From contig NC_090335.1 of the NCBI RefSeq assembly GCF_035084215.1, forward strand, positions 54,126,001 to 54,190,000: a stretch of DNA of 64,000 nucleotides. Reading direction: 5' to 3'. Below the pieces are notes generated by a model. That model had not been told where the DNA came from. It saw only the letters and a program-made list of their open reading frames with translations, and did no database searches. Shown here in pieces: positions 25,491 through 36,560 of this stretch. Both the position numbers and the translations under genes were made by a program. The number at the start of each line of letters is the position of its first letter. The first letter of the stretch is position 1. Source of the DNA: Heptranchias perlo. Its lineage: Eukaryota.

Positions 25491-26679
25491 TGTGGGAAGT
25501 GCAACAAATGGTCTTCTGAAGTTGGGGATGAGGAACATTGTTGGAGCTAAAATGAGACAAGTTCCACTCCCCAGCACTAAAATTTCTCCTTTTGAAGAGC
25601 ACAAATTTAAGAAATAAAAAAGAAAACAATAATCCAATTGGATATCTTGATTCTAAAAGGCAGGTTTACTGCTCCTGGGTTCTGGTAAGCTCCATATGCT
25701 ATCAATAACTTTTAAGATATTAAATTCATGGGCTCCTTGGATGGCTCAATTCCTCAGAATGGTACTGAGGGATTCAGATTAGGAATGTTCCAAGTTTGAC
25801 CTCTGTTCTAGGCTGATCTTTCTGATCTCAGCTGGTGAGATGTTACAGGTGCTACAGCTGGCCTCAGCCAGGGATCCCAGTGCTAATCTCTATTCAGTAA
25901 CTCCTACTGGAAAATGCATGTGTTGGGCATTGCATGAGGTCAAAGTGAAGCACAGTAAATGAGTCTGCCAAGGTATTGCAAGCCTCACACATGAAGAATA
26001 ATAAGTGCATGAGTTTCCAATCTCTCCTCCCTCTCCAAGTCCGGCTTCAGTTTCCCTTTTCTCTTTAGACCTGCCATTTGATAAATGTTGCTCCATCTCC
26101 CACTTTTGTGTGAAACCGTTATGTGATTTATCAATTTAGTTTGATTATAGTGCTTTCACTTGCATAAAGGAGAATGAAACAACTCTGCTTCCTTGTACCA
26201 TTAACCTATCTTGCTAGGAATGAGACTGATGCTCATTGGAAATAGACTTAGATAGGGAATGGAGAATCAGAGACAAGCCTAAGACAGAGGGTCAGTGACC
26301 TGGAATTGGTGGCTGGTCTCAAATGTATTTGCTATATAATCCCAACCTCATTCTGGAATAGGTAAAGATTACACATGATCGAGGCAAATACTGATGAAGT
26401 CTTAGAAACTTAATATTAACAAAACAAATTTAAACAACGGCATCCTATATTTGGTTACAAAAAAACAGTAAGTTGGCACCTCCACCAGAAATAATGATTT
26501 TGAAAGAAAATCAAAATATGATGGACTTCACATTTATAATAAGTACTTGCATAGCCCATGGGTGACTTAAGAAATTACACAATTAATTTTCTCACACATT
26601 TTCTCTTCTTCAAGTCACTCACCAGCACTGTGCTCTAGCGACTGTGGCAACAAGTGACCTCAAAGGCAAGGAGACTTAC

Positions 26680-26875
26680 TTTGGCCTTCTACACTGTCCT
26701 TTCTTTCAAGGAGCTGGGTTCAAGTTCAGCACAGATTGATAGGATGAAAGTCTTTCCTCAATCTGCCTGTTGTAATGGTCGTATCCAAAATGAATTTAGA
26801 TAGTCTCTACCCAGTTCCTGGTCGGCAAGAGTCTACAGCACAAAACTGCCCACAAATTGGCATTCTGACCCAGAC
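26680..26875 (+). mobile_element. LF-SINE-like ancient SINE, second copy
   Basis: CTGGGTTCAAGTTCAGCACAGATTGATAGGATGAAAGTCT...CCAGTTCCTGG...CTACAGCACAAAA; aligns by eye with 25304-25490. Confidence 0.5.
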
Positions 26876-26888
26876 AGGTTATAAGAAT

Positions 26889-27315
26889 GGCACCTCATCT
26901 ACCACCCTAAACATTCACTCCCTTTACCACCAGCACACAGTGGCTGCAGTGTGTACCATCCACAGGATGCACTGCAGCAACTCGCCAAGGCTTTTTCGAC
27001 AGCACCTCCCAAACCCACGACCTCTACCACCTAGAAGGACAAGGGTAGCAGACACATGGGAACAACGCCACCTGGCACGCTCCCCTCCAAGTCACACACC
27101 ATCCCAATTTGGAAATATATCGCCATTCCTTCATCGTCGCTGGGTTAAAATCCTGGAACTCCCTACCTAACAGCATTGTGGGAGAACCTTCACCACACAG
27201 ACTGCAGCAGTTCAAGAAGGGGGCTCACCACCACCTTCTCAAGGGCAATTAGGGATGGGCAATAAATGCCGGCCTTGCCAGCGACACCCACATCCCATGA
27301 ACAAATAAAAAAAAA
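26889..27315 (+). mobile_element. CR1-Zenon-like LINE 3' fragment with A tail
   Basis: Matches 39597-40021, including GGGCAATTAGGGATGGGCAATAAATG...A tail. Confidence 0.9.
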
Positions 27316-27451
27316 TGGCAGCTGTAAGAAATTAAATTTTTTACCTGGGACACTTTCACATTACAGTACACAGATGCTTTAGTTCAAGCAAAGGTTAAAG
27401 TGTAGTAATTTTAATTTTAATTTGTAACCACACAAATTATGGTCAGCTTAC

Positions 27452-27763
27452 CTATTTTTAGAATGTTGGTGAAGACTTGCATTGTATCTTCGGTTCTGAT
27501 TTCACAGATATATTCTCCTGCATCTTCCAAAGTTACATGGTACAGCACAAGTGATGAAGCATTCTGGTTGTTTAACATTTCTGATTGTTTCTTCGTACAA
27601 TTTGTGTGTACATCGCCATATTGCTGCCATGATTTACAGATTATCGCTAAAGGGGAGGTTTCTATTCTTCTAAACTTCCATGTAATTGTCAAATATTGAT
27701 CATTATTAGAGGAATAATTGCAAGGAATTACAATGGTTTGGCTCTCTTTTTCTTTTCGCGTGC
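27452..27763 (-). CDS. HHLA2: HHLA2 second IgV exon (TRKEKESQTIVIPCNYS...ITWKF...LEDAGEYICEI...ILKI)
   Basis: ttatttttAAG acceptor, GTAAGC donor, 312 nt, phase 1-1; B-strand Cys, C-strand Trp, D-x-G-x-Y-x-C. Confidence 0.9.
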
Positions 27764-29301
27764 CTTAAAAATAACAAAAAAAATTAATGTGTAGCATAAA
27801 ACAAACATATATTTACTTTATTTTTTTATTATTTCTTTGTTTCTTATGTGCTGAGGAATGGACTGTTCCCATTTTGGGTACTCAGTGTCAATATCCCAAG
27901 CTCAGTGTAAAATATTCAGGAAACAAGGGAAAGAGGGATAAATTCTCAATGTGGGAAAACTACTTTTTTTTTGGTATCCACATATCATGGCTGATTTTAT
28001 TGCCCGAGAACTGACTAAATGTGCCCTACTCCAATAAGCCTGACCCATTCGGGTTCAGGTCATTTACATGTTGTGGGCGTGTGCTGGGTGTGTGTAAAAG
28101 GCTGCAGAGGACAAACCACTGCCAACTCCTTCCATGACTAGCATCCACATGCTACACAATTTTTTCTTCACAATAGCTTCAGAGACCACCCCCGACATGT
28201 GGGTGTAAAGAGATGCCATGCCACCAAATGGCAGTTAGACAGTGCATGCTTCTGCTGTTAAAGGAGACGGCAGCACAGAACAAAAGGGAGAGGGTGAATT
28301 CCGTAGGTGGCCCAGCCACCAAATCCAGGCATGGAATTTAGATGAGATAGCATGAGATGGAGTACCAAAAATCATGGTCCAGGTGTGGGATTTGTATAAC
28401 ACTTAAAAAGATAAACTGCACATGCTATAAACCTAACATAAAACCAGAAAATGCTGAAATTACACAACAAACCAGTCAACATCTGTAAAGAGAAAAGACA
28501 TTATGTCATTTTAAGTGTGATTGGCACTTTGAGACTCAACTCGAATTGCATGTGAGGCACAAACGGGGTGGAAGTCATGCACAAGGAATTTCAGTTCCTT
28601 TTCCCACAGTGTTACAACCTGGAAATAAGTGCGTACATGGTGCAATGCAGGTGAAAATTGGTCCCACCATGTTTTTTGCGTATGTTACCCACAAAGACAT
28701 AGTCAAGCTGGTTGATGCTCCAGCCAGCACTATGAAGGGCCTCACTGGATGTAGTCCCGTGGAAAAAATTTAGTATCAAAACAATCCGGAGACCAGACCC
28801 ATCTGGCTGGGGATTTCTACTTTTGCGTATGATTTTTGATCCTTTCACTTCAATGGACAGAAAATTGCGGGTTGACACAGAGCACAAAACCTCGGCCAGA
28901 ATCTCATCATCAGCACTCCTTTTAAAAGACCCCAGTGGGACTGGCTTGGGGCTATTTCTGTGCCAAAACATGTGATGGAGCCAAAGCAAACAGTGTTACT
29001 GATTTTATATATAATATATATAAATATAAAATATACATATCACAGCTGGTGTGACAACAGATGCAGCTGAAGACAACTATGATAAGGAAAGGTGCTTCAC
29101 AAATTTGACCCTGGAAGTATAGAAAGAAATTATACCAGCACCTTCACTTAAGTTGACAGAGAGGGACATATGAACCACAGAAAATGCTGTAATTCCAAGC
29201 ACTGTTTAATCGTCAACTTATACCCAATTCAAGTTAAAAATTTTACATGCTTTTGGAAAAAGATACATGAGGTATTCTATAGGTTATTAATTAAGTGTTA
29301 C

Positions 29302-29595
29302 CTTGCATTCTCCAAGATGCAGTCCATGACTGTAGCAAGCGTTCATTCTTAATAATACATCTGTAGGTTGTATTTGATGTTTGATCAATCTTCAGAATGC
29401 TTATAATGTTGTAAAGTCCATCTTGATCAATTGATACAGTTTCATTTTTGTCATTAGTTAGGTCAGTCCCATTCTCATCCTGCCATAATAATGATGGCAT
29501 TGGATAAGCACCAGATGCAGAACAGAAAATATCTACAACCTCGGTCCCGGCAGACAGCATACTTGAAGAATATAGTGCCAAATCCTTACAGTCAG
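29302..29595 (-). CDS. HHLA2: HHLA2 IgC exon (DCKDL...IFCSASGAYPMPSLLWQDENG...DGLYNIISIL...YRCIIKNERL...WRMQ)
   Basis: ttccttcCAG acceptor, GTAACA donor, 294 nt, phase 1-1; B7/butyrophilin C-domain signature C-x3-G-x-YP-x-P...W...GLY. Confidence 0.92.
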
Positions 29596-31364
29596 CTGGA
29601 AGGAAATAATAAACCATTGATTCAGTATTTAGACAGCTTAGCTGCTTAAAATCAATACTATTTATCTTTAAACATACTAATAGAAATAAAAATCAGGAGA
29701 GATGTAAAACGGTCTGTCAATTTGCTATTACCCATTATACACTATCGCACAAAGTCAAAATCACTGCTACCTCTGAAGAAGTACCCAGGTACAACTAGAT
29801 AGTTATATGGTGCCTTTAACATAAAAAAACAGCAAGGTACTTCACAGATATATGTATGGATAATAGAAAATGAGCTAAAAGAAGAGATTAAGAGGGATGA
29901 CCAAAAGTTTGGTCAAAGCGATGGATTTTGAGGGTGGTTTTAAAGGAGGACAGAGAGGTGGTGCAGTGGAGGGTTAGGGAGGGAAAGTAAAAGTTTTGCA
30001 AATAAATAATATTTACTATGCTCTAAATATAAATAACACTGGCTAGCTATTAGTGAATTTAAATAATCTAATCAAGGAGCTCAGAAGAATTATTGCGCCA
30101 TGCTGTACCTTCTATATTTCAGATAAAGCTTGTTTAGTTAGAAGCATTCTGGAAATTACTGTGGCAGCTTTGTAATAATTTAAGGGCTTATGATTGGAAT
30201 GAGACAACGGAAGAAACTGCACTCCTAAGATCAGTAGAGATACTAATATTTGTGTTACTGTGTCTTTTAATTTCTAATACCTGTGAAATGTGATTTACGT
30301 ACTTATTGTCCTAGATTAGTGTTAATTTAGACTATTTCACCCTGCAGGACTCAGTAGTTTGTCTATCTTTTTATCTGTAACAATACTGGTTAACTCTATA
30401 AACAGTTAAAGAAATATTCCATTCCTGGCTCAAATAAATTAGCTTGGGGTCTGGCTTTGTAAAAAGTCTGAATAATAGGGGCATGCAGAGATAGAATTTG
30501 GGGCAGGACTTAGTTACACAAGGTTCCTGGTACTTTTTCTTCCTGCCAAAAATTCCACAGGAAGTGAGGGCAGTTGTATAATATACCTGCCCACAACTGG
30601 GCGGTCATATTATAACGACAAGCAAATGAGGGAAATGTGTCATGTGCTATATTTCCTGTTATTTTGGCCCTGGCTATACTGGAAGCAAGGGATGCCTGTG
30701 TGTTTCTCGCATCCAGCATAGAAAAAGGCCTCAGGGTGATTTAAAATTTAAAAGGACAGCTTCTTCAATGCAATCAATCGCAATTGCATTACAGAAATCA
30801 TCACCAAAGTTAAATAGCCAGTTAAAATAGATTCTTTTAATGTTTCCTCAGGACTGCAGGGTCCACTTACACTGCAACACGGTGCTGTAGCAAAATTGTT
30901 CCCCCGCCCTGAAGAAGGGAATTGACCAGATAATGTAAGTGCTTCTGACTCTGGGATATTGGATGGACAAAAGTCCTGTCCTGCCCAAGATCCACCTCTA
31001 AAAGGTATTCCCAGGAATTTCTGGGCCATGTTCTTTGCAAAACCTTTCTTAGAAATAAATGTGAAATTAATTGAAATTAATAAGATAGCCTGCAAAGGAT
31101 ATTAGAAACGGAGGATTTGCAGTGAGGAAACTCAAGTGAAACATAATGTCAAGATTTGATAAAATGAGTTGATTCATCAGGACTTGAACTCCAGTTCTAA
31201 TTCACTTACTGTCCTGGCTCAATAACAAAGCACCCACACTATCACGAAACAGATCTGAGAAGTGGCGGCCACAAATCCGGCCCTTCCAAATTTGCTTTTA
31301 TCATCAGGATTTGCTCTCCCTCTTTCCTGTGATCCTCATCAGTCTTTTAAGGTTTTGTATTTTG

Positions 31365-32961
31365 ATGATATAGTGCTAGGGAAATTAATGGGGGTAAAGG
31401 CTGACAAATCCCCAGGGCCTGATAATCTACATCCCAGAGTACTAAAGGAAGTGGCCCTGGAAATAATGCATGCATTCTATAGACTCTGGAACAGTTCCTA
31501 CAGATTGGAGGGTGGCAAATGTAACCCCACTATTTAAAAAAGGAGGGAGAGAAAAAACAGGGAATTACAGACCAGTTAGCCTAACATCAGTAGTGGGGAA
31601 AATGCTAGAGTCTATTATAAAAGATGTGATAACAGAACACTTGGAAGGCATTAACGGGATTGGACATTGTCAGCATGGGTTTATGAAAGGGAAATCATGC
31701 TTAACAAATCTTCTGGAGTTTTTTGAGGATGTAACTAATAGAATAGATAGGGGAGAACCAGTGGATGTGGTGTATTTGGATTTTCAGAAGGCTTTTGATA
31801 AGGTACCACACAAGAGATTAGTATGCAAAATTAAAGCACATGGGATTGGGGGGAATATACTGGCATGGATTGGGAATTGGTTGTCAGACAGGAAACGGAG
31901 AGTAGGAATAAACGGATCTTTTTCCGGGTGGCAGGCAGTGACTAGTGGGGTACCGCAGGGATCAGTGCTTGGGCCCCAGCTATTCACAATATATATTAAT
32001 GATTTGGATGAGGGAACTAAATGTAACATTTCCAAGTTTCCAGACGACACAAATCTGGGGTGGAATGTGAGCTGTGAGGAGGATGCAAAGAGGCTCCAAT
32101 GTGATTTAGACAAGTTGGGTGAGTGGGCAAGAACATGGCAGATGCAGTATAACGTGGATAAATGTGAGGTTATCCACTTTGGTTGTAAAAACAGAAAGGC
32201 AGATTATCTGAATGGTGATAGATTGGGAAAAGGGGAGGTGCAACGAGACCTGGGTGTCCTTGTACACCAGTCGCTGAAAGCGAGCATTCAGGTGCAGCAA
32301 GCAGTTAGGAAGGCGAATCGTAGGTTGGCCTTCATTGCAAGAGGATTTGAGTACAGGAGCAGGGATGCCTTACTGCAGTTATACAGGGCCTTGGTGAGAC
32401 CACATCTGGAGTATTGTGTGCAGTTTTGGTCTCCTTATCTGAAGAAGGATGTCCTTTCCATGGAGGGAGTGCAACAAAGGTTTGCCAGACTGATTCCTGG
32501 GATGGCAGGACTGATGTATGAGGAGAGATTGGGTCGACTAGGCCTATATTCACTAGCGTTTAGAAGAATGAGAGGTGATCTCATTGAAACATATAAAATT
32601 CTAACAGGACTAGACAGACTAAATGCAGGGAGGATGTTCCCGATGGCTGCGGAGGCCAGAACCAGGGGTCACAGTCTCAGGATACGGGGTATGCCATTTA
32701 GAACCGAGATGAGGAGAAATTTCTTCACTCAGAGGGTGGTGAACCTGTGGAATTCTCTACCACAGAAGGCAGTGGAGGCCAAGTCATTAGATGTATTCAA
32801 GAAGGAGATAGATATATTTCTTAATGCTAAAGGGATCAAGGGATATGGGGAAAAAGCAGGAACAGGGTACTGAGTTAGACGATCAGCCATGATCATTTTG
32901 AACGGCGGAGCAGGCCCGAAGGGCCGAATGGCCTACTCTTGCTCCTATTTTCTATGCTTCT
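31365..32961 (+). mobile_element. CR1 LINE 3' half with open RT ORF (467 aa)
   Basis: ORF 31470-32873; catalytic motif mutated to FPDD. Confidence 0.95.
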
Positions 32962-33142
32962 ATTATTGCCCCATATATCAGCACAGCTTTGGCCAGATCC
33001 TGAATTTCTGCATTCGTCTTCAAAGTGTATGAATGATATGCAATGATGTAGGATGTTTGCGACCTAGTCAGTGCTGAGCTAAGCCTTGACTCCCGATAAA
33101 GTTTTATATCAGCAATAATTGTCCTCTTAGAGGATAATACCT

Positions 33143-33296
33143 GATGTGGAGATGCCGGTGATGGACTGGGGTTGACAATTGTAAACAATTTTACAACACC
33201 AAGTTATAGTCCAGCAATTTTATTTAAAATTCACAAGCTTGTGAATTTAAAATGAAATTGCTGTACTATAACTTGGTGTTGTAAAATTGTTTACAA
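33143..33296 (-). mobile_element. Penelope-like fold-back mini-element, copy 2 (hairpin tip collapsed at AAGCTT)
   Basis: Reverse-oriented tail GATGTGGAGATGCCGGTGATGGACTGGGGTTGAC; near-perfect palindrome centred on AAGCTT (33235-33240); TSD AGGATAATACCT(G) at 33131-33143 / 33297-33309. Confidence 0.88.
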
Positions 33297-33592
33297 AGGA
33301 TAATACCTGGGTAAGTGTATCAAGGGATATGGATCAAAAGCGGTTTATTGGAGTTGAGGGACAGATCATCCATGATCTAATTGAATGGTTCTGACGGGCT
33401 TTCTCCTGTTCCTATCTTTCTATGTAAAATTTTAAAATATTTTGTTTTATTTTAAGGTTATTATAGATTTAGTTCAATTATATGACTCTTTGATAAGTGC
33501 TTGCAATCAAATGTATTCACATTCTATTAGTTTCCAAATCACAATCAATTCACAGAAAATTCATTTTCAATGGAGAATAATGTATTTCTGAC

Positions 33593-33919
33593 CAGCCACT
33601 TGTAGCTCGATGTTAATTTCTTGTTTTCCTTCTGACGTACTGATGTAACATTGGTACTCTCCTTCATCAATCTTGTTAATTCCTGTAAGATGAAGGGATG
33701 CATTTCCATTCATTATCTCATCGATAAAAAGCATTGTTCTTCCTTTGTAGCCTTGATATTGGTTGGATAGCTGATCAGTCTCGCGATAAAAGCTGTGAAC
33801 AACAATGGTCTCCTTAGACAGTTTGCGCATCCAGTGAAGCACTATTTCAGACAATTGGGTTGGTCGAAATGTACATGGCAAAACAACGTCCTTGGAAATG
33901 ATGGCTGTGATACTCGCAT
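33593..33919 (-). CDS. HHLA2: HHLA2 first IgV exon (ASITAIISKDVVLPCTF...LHW...VVHSFY...DQLSNQYQGYKGRT.LF...GNASL...DEGEYQCYI...LQVA)
   Basis: ctgtttccttttAG acceptor, GTCAGA donor, 327 nt, phase 1-1; classic B7 IgV motifs. Confidence 0.93.
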
Positions 33920-34340
33920 CTAAAAGGAAACAGAGAGAAAAGAGTGTTTTCTGGTGAAAAGTGTTTGACATTTGTGATCCAATTCCCAAGTTTGAAAAAC
34001 AAACCAATGCCTCTTCACAATGGACTGAAGAATCACCAGCAATAATTTCACACAGAGAGGACCATTATTTTGTGGGAAAATGGAACACACTAGCATCGTA
34101 AGGGGCTGTTACTCTGAACGTAGGATTGAAGCAATACACAGATATCTGTGAACTAGATGTGACTCAAAATTATTCGTTGGTGATTGAAAAGTGCAAAAAA
34201 CAGTGCTCTTTTCCAACACCATTTTCACTTATTTTGAATGGTATTTCTAGTCACTTTAATTATCATAGAATCATAAAAATTATAACACCAAGGGAGGGCA
34301 TTCAGCCCATTGTGCCTCTTCAACTAGAGCTATCTGCTCT

Positions 34341-34866
34341 GGGGCTGATTTTAACTTGGCCAAATTGGCATAAACGAGACGCTAACAGCCTAAAAATGCA
34401 GTCGGTAGACTTACTATCCCCTTAATGCTGACACTACGGCTGCCTCTATTTTTAAAGGGGCCTACTGGTGGGTAGCTGAAGCACCCACCTGTTTCAATGG
34501 TGGTACAGCCGAACAAGCCCCAAAAAGCTAAGTTTAAAATTATTTTTGTGGTGCCAGGAGGAGGAGAAGTGCTCCTTTGGCCCCACAAAAATAAGCTGGG
34601 CCACTGCCTCCCCGAACTCCCCCCCCCCCCCTCTGTAAGTGTCACATCCCCTCCCAGGACTTACTTTGCTGACAGTCGGGCAACCCACCATCCGCCCGAA
34701 ATTGCGCCGGCCTGAATGCAGCAAGCTGCATCGGGACACCCGTTTGGAGCGAGCAACTTGTCAGTTCTGTTTCAATGAGGTGAAAGCCTCGAAATGGCAC
34801 CGGCCTCTTCGCTATCGGCACAGGTGTGCTCCGTCAGTCGGTTGCCTGAAAGTTAAAATCTACCCC
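34341..34866. mobile_element. PIF/Harbinger-type MITE inside an old CR1 3' end
   Basis: TIRs GGGGCTGATTTTAACTT / AAGTTAAAATCTACCCC, 3-bp TSD TCT. Confidence 0.8.
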
Positions 34867-35303
34867 TCTAGTTCCATTTACCCGCCCTTTCCCATATCCT
34901 TCATATTCTTCATGTTCAAAAATCTTATCTAATTCCCTTTTAAAGGATGTTATAGGAATTGGTTTTCTAACAGACCACCAGCAGTACCGGTAAATTAGGG
35001 GCAATAGACCAACGATTTTGGAATATGCAAGGCCAACGGGCAAGATTTCCCACCACCAGTACTTGCTCACTCGTCATTTTTGGTAAAGTATTCCATGTGA
35101 ACTCTCTGTGTGAAAAAAATGTCTTCTAACTCCCCCTTAATTTTGGTAACTTCCCCTTTTACCAATATGCCAATTTTTCACTATTTACCCTTTCAAACCA
35201 GCCATAATCTTGAAAACCTCAATTTGATCCCAATTTAACCTTCAATGTTCTTATAGTTAAAGCCAACATGCAAATATAAAACATCAATAAAATGGGATGT
35301 CAC

Positions 35304-35361
35304 CTGTACTTAGTAGTTGAAAAATTCCGAAAAAACAAAGGCAGACTATTTGCTGTAACAT
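35304..35361 (-). CDS. HHLA2: HHLA2 signal-peptide exon, coding part (MLQQIVCLCFFGIFQLLST)
   Basis: ATG with A at -3, hydrophobic 19-aa leader, phase-1 GTGACA donor joining IgV exon as GAT (Asp); exon probably begins at acceptor ttttattaCAG (35493). Confidence 0.75.
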
Positions 35362-35540
35362 CTTTGTGCCTCCTTCAGTTCACAATAGGTTGCATCCGAA
35401 AGTATCTTCACAAATAAAGATACATGCAGCGAGAATCTTCATCTCGTTTCTCAGTGGAACAGTCCAGATTATCCCTTAAGAATCATCTTTCTACTGTAAT
35501 AAAACAAATCTCACATCTAAGAACAGTCATAAATTATAGA

Positions 35541-35592
35541 AATAAAAACAGAAAATGCTGTAAACGCTCAGCAGGTCAGGCAGCATCTGTGG
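35541..35592. mobile_element. Short Penelope-type terminal-repeat relic
   Basis: AAAACAGAAAATGCTG...CTCAGCAGGTCAGGCAGCATCTGTGG; weaker relics near 20255 and 28440. Confidence 0.45.
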
Positions 35593-35704
35593 TCACAAAT
35601 TAGCAGCCAACGTTCTAAATAAGTTTCAAAGTACAAAGACACAAATAATAATGATCAGCTTGCTATTGTTGGCATTGACAAAAGAGCCTTTCGTTTGCAG
35701 GCCT

Positions 35705-36060
35705 TCTCCATCTTCTTTATAGTAGACCTCCTCCAGCCCTATAACGCTCCGAGATCTCTGCGCTCCTCCAATTGTGGCCTTTTGTGCATCCCCGATTTTC
35801 ATCGCCCCACTGTTGGCGGCCATGCCTTCAGCTGCCTAAGCCCTAAGCTCTGGAATTCCCTCCCTAAACCTCTCCGCCTCTCTACCTCTCTCTCCTCCTT
35901 TAAGATGCTCCTTAAAATCCATCTCTATGACCAAACTTCTGGTCACCTGTCCTAATATCTCTTTATGTGGCTTGGTGTCAAATTTTGCTGATATCGCTCC
36001 TGTGAAGCGCCTTGGGACGTTTTACTACATTAAAGGTGCGATATAAATGCAAGTCTTTGA
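35705..36060 (+). mobile_element. L2 3' end / L2-tailed SINE
   Basis: LLQPYNAPRSLRSS...GGHAFSCLSPKLWNSLP...FKMLLKIHL, plus TAAAGGTGCGATATAAATGCAAGT tail. Confidence 0.8.
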
Positions 36061-36467
36061 TATTGTTGCAGGACCACTGAAAGCATGACATACTGAGGGC
36101 AATTTTCACATTCACCACTTAGGCAGTAAATTGGCCGAGTGGATTGTCCGTCTGTTATGGAACCCACATGACTTTCATTTCCACTGATGTGAGCGCAACA
36201 GAAATCAGGTTTGTCCGATTTGAGCATACAAACGTGATCAAACCTGATCATAAGATACCCCCTCAAAAGTCAGTTTTTAAAAAAAATGGAAGTCTGTGTT
36301 TTTCCCCATTTTCTTCTGTGCCTTATGGTATGGAGACATTCGTAATTAAGATTTAGTAAACCAAACATCAGAGCTGAACTCGACCTGATCCTGTCTTGTC
36401 CCTTGGTAAAATGTGGCAACCCTATTTGTGACTTTGTTAAAGAATGTGAGAGTAGTTATCAGATCAC

Positions 36468-36560
36468 GGGTATGGTAGCATAGTGGTTATGTTACTGGGC
36501 TAGTAATCCAGAGGCCTGGACTAAAATCCAGAGTCATGAGTTCAAATCCCGCCACGGCAG
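36468..36560 (+). promoter_or_regulatory. tRNA-Thr(AGU)-like head with Pol III A box and B box
   Basis: A box TAGCATAGTGG (36476-36486); D stem GCAT/ATGT; anticodon arm CTGGG-CTAGTAA-TCCAG (36495-36511); duplicated arm CTGGA-CTAAAA-TCCAG (36516-36531); B box GAGTTCAAATCC (36538-36549). Confidence 0.8.

Noticed and set aside
25378-25652. Alternative HHLA2 TM exon on - (ESRYPIGLLFSFLFLKFVLFKRRN...)
   Set aside because: Hydrophobicity comes from a T-rich tract, the helix is short and contains Lys, and the frame runs into an antisense SINE; 19993-20126 is a much better TM exon.
25890-26096. - strand ORF as an HHLA2 cytoplasmic exon
   Set aside because: No polypyrimidine acceptor, and it lies upstream of the TM exon.
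36468-36560. Functional tRNA-Thr gene
   Set aside because: Acceptor and T stems pair poorly, there is an extra arm and no downstream oligo-T terminator; it is a retroelement head.
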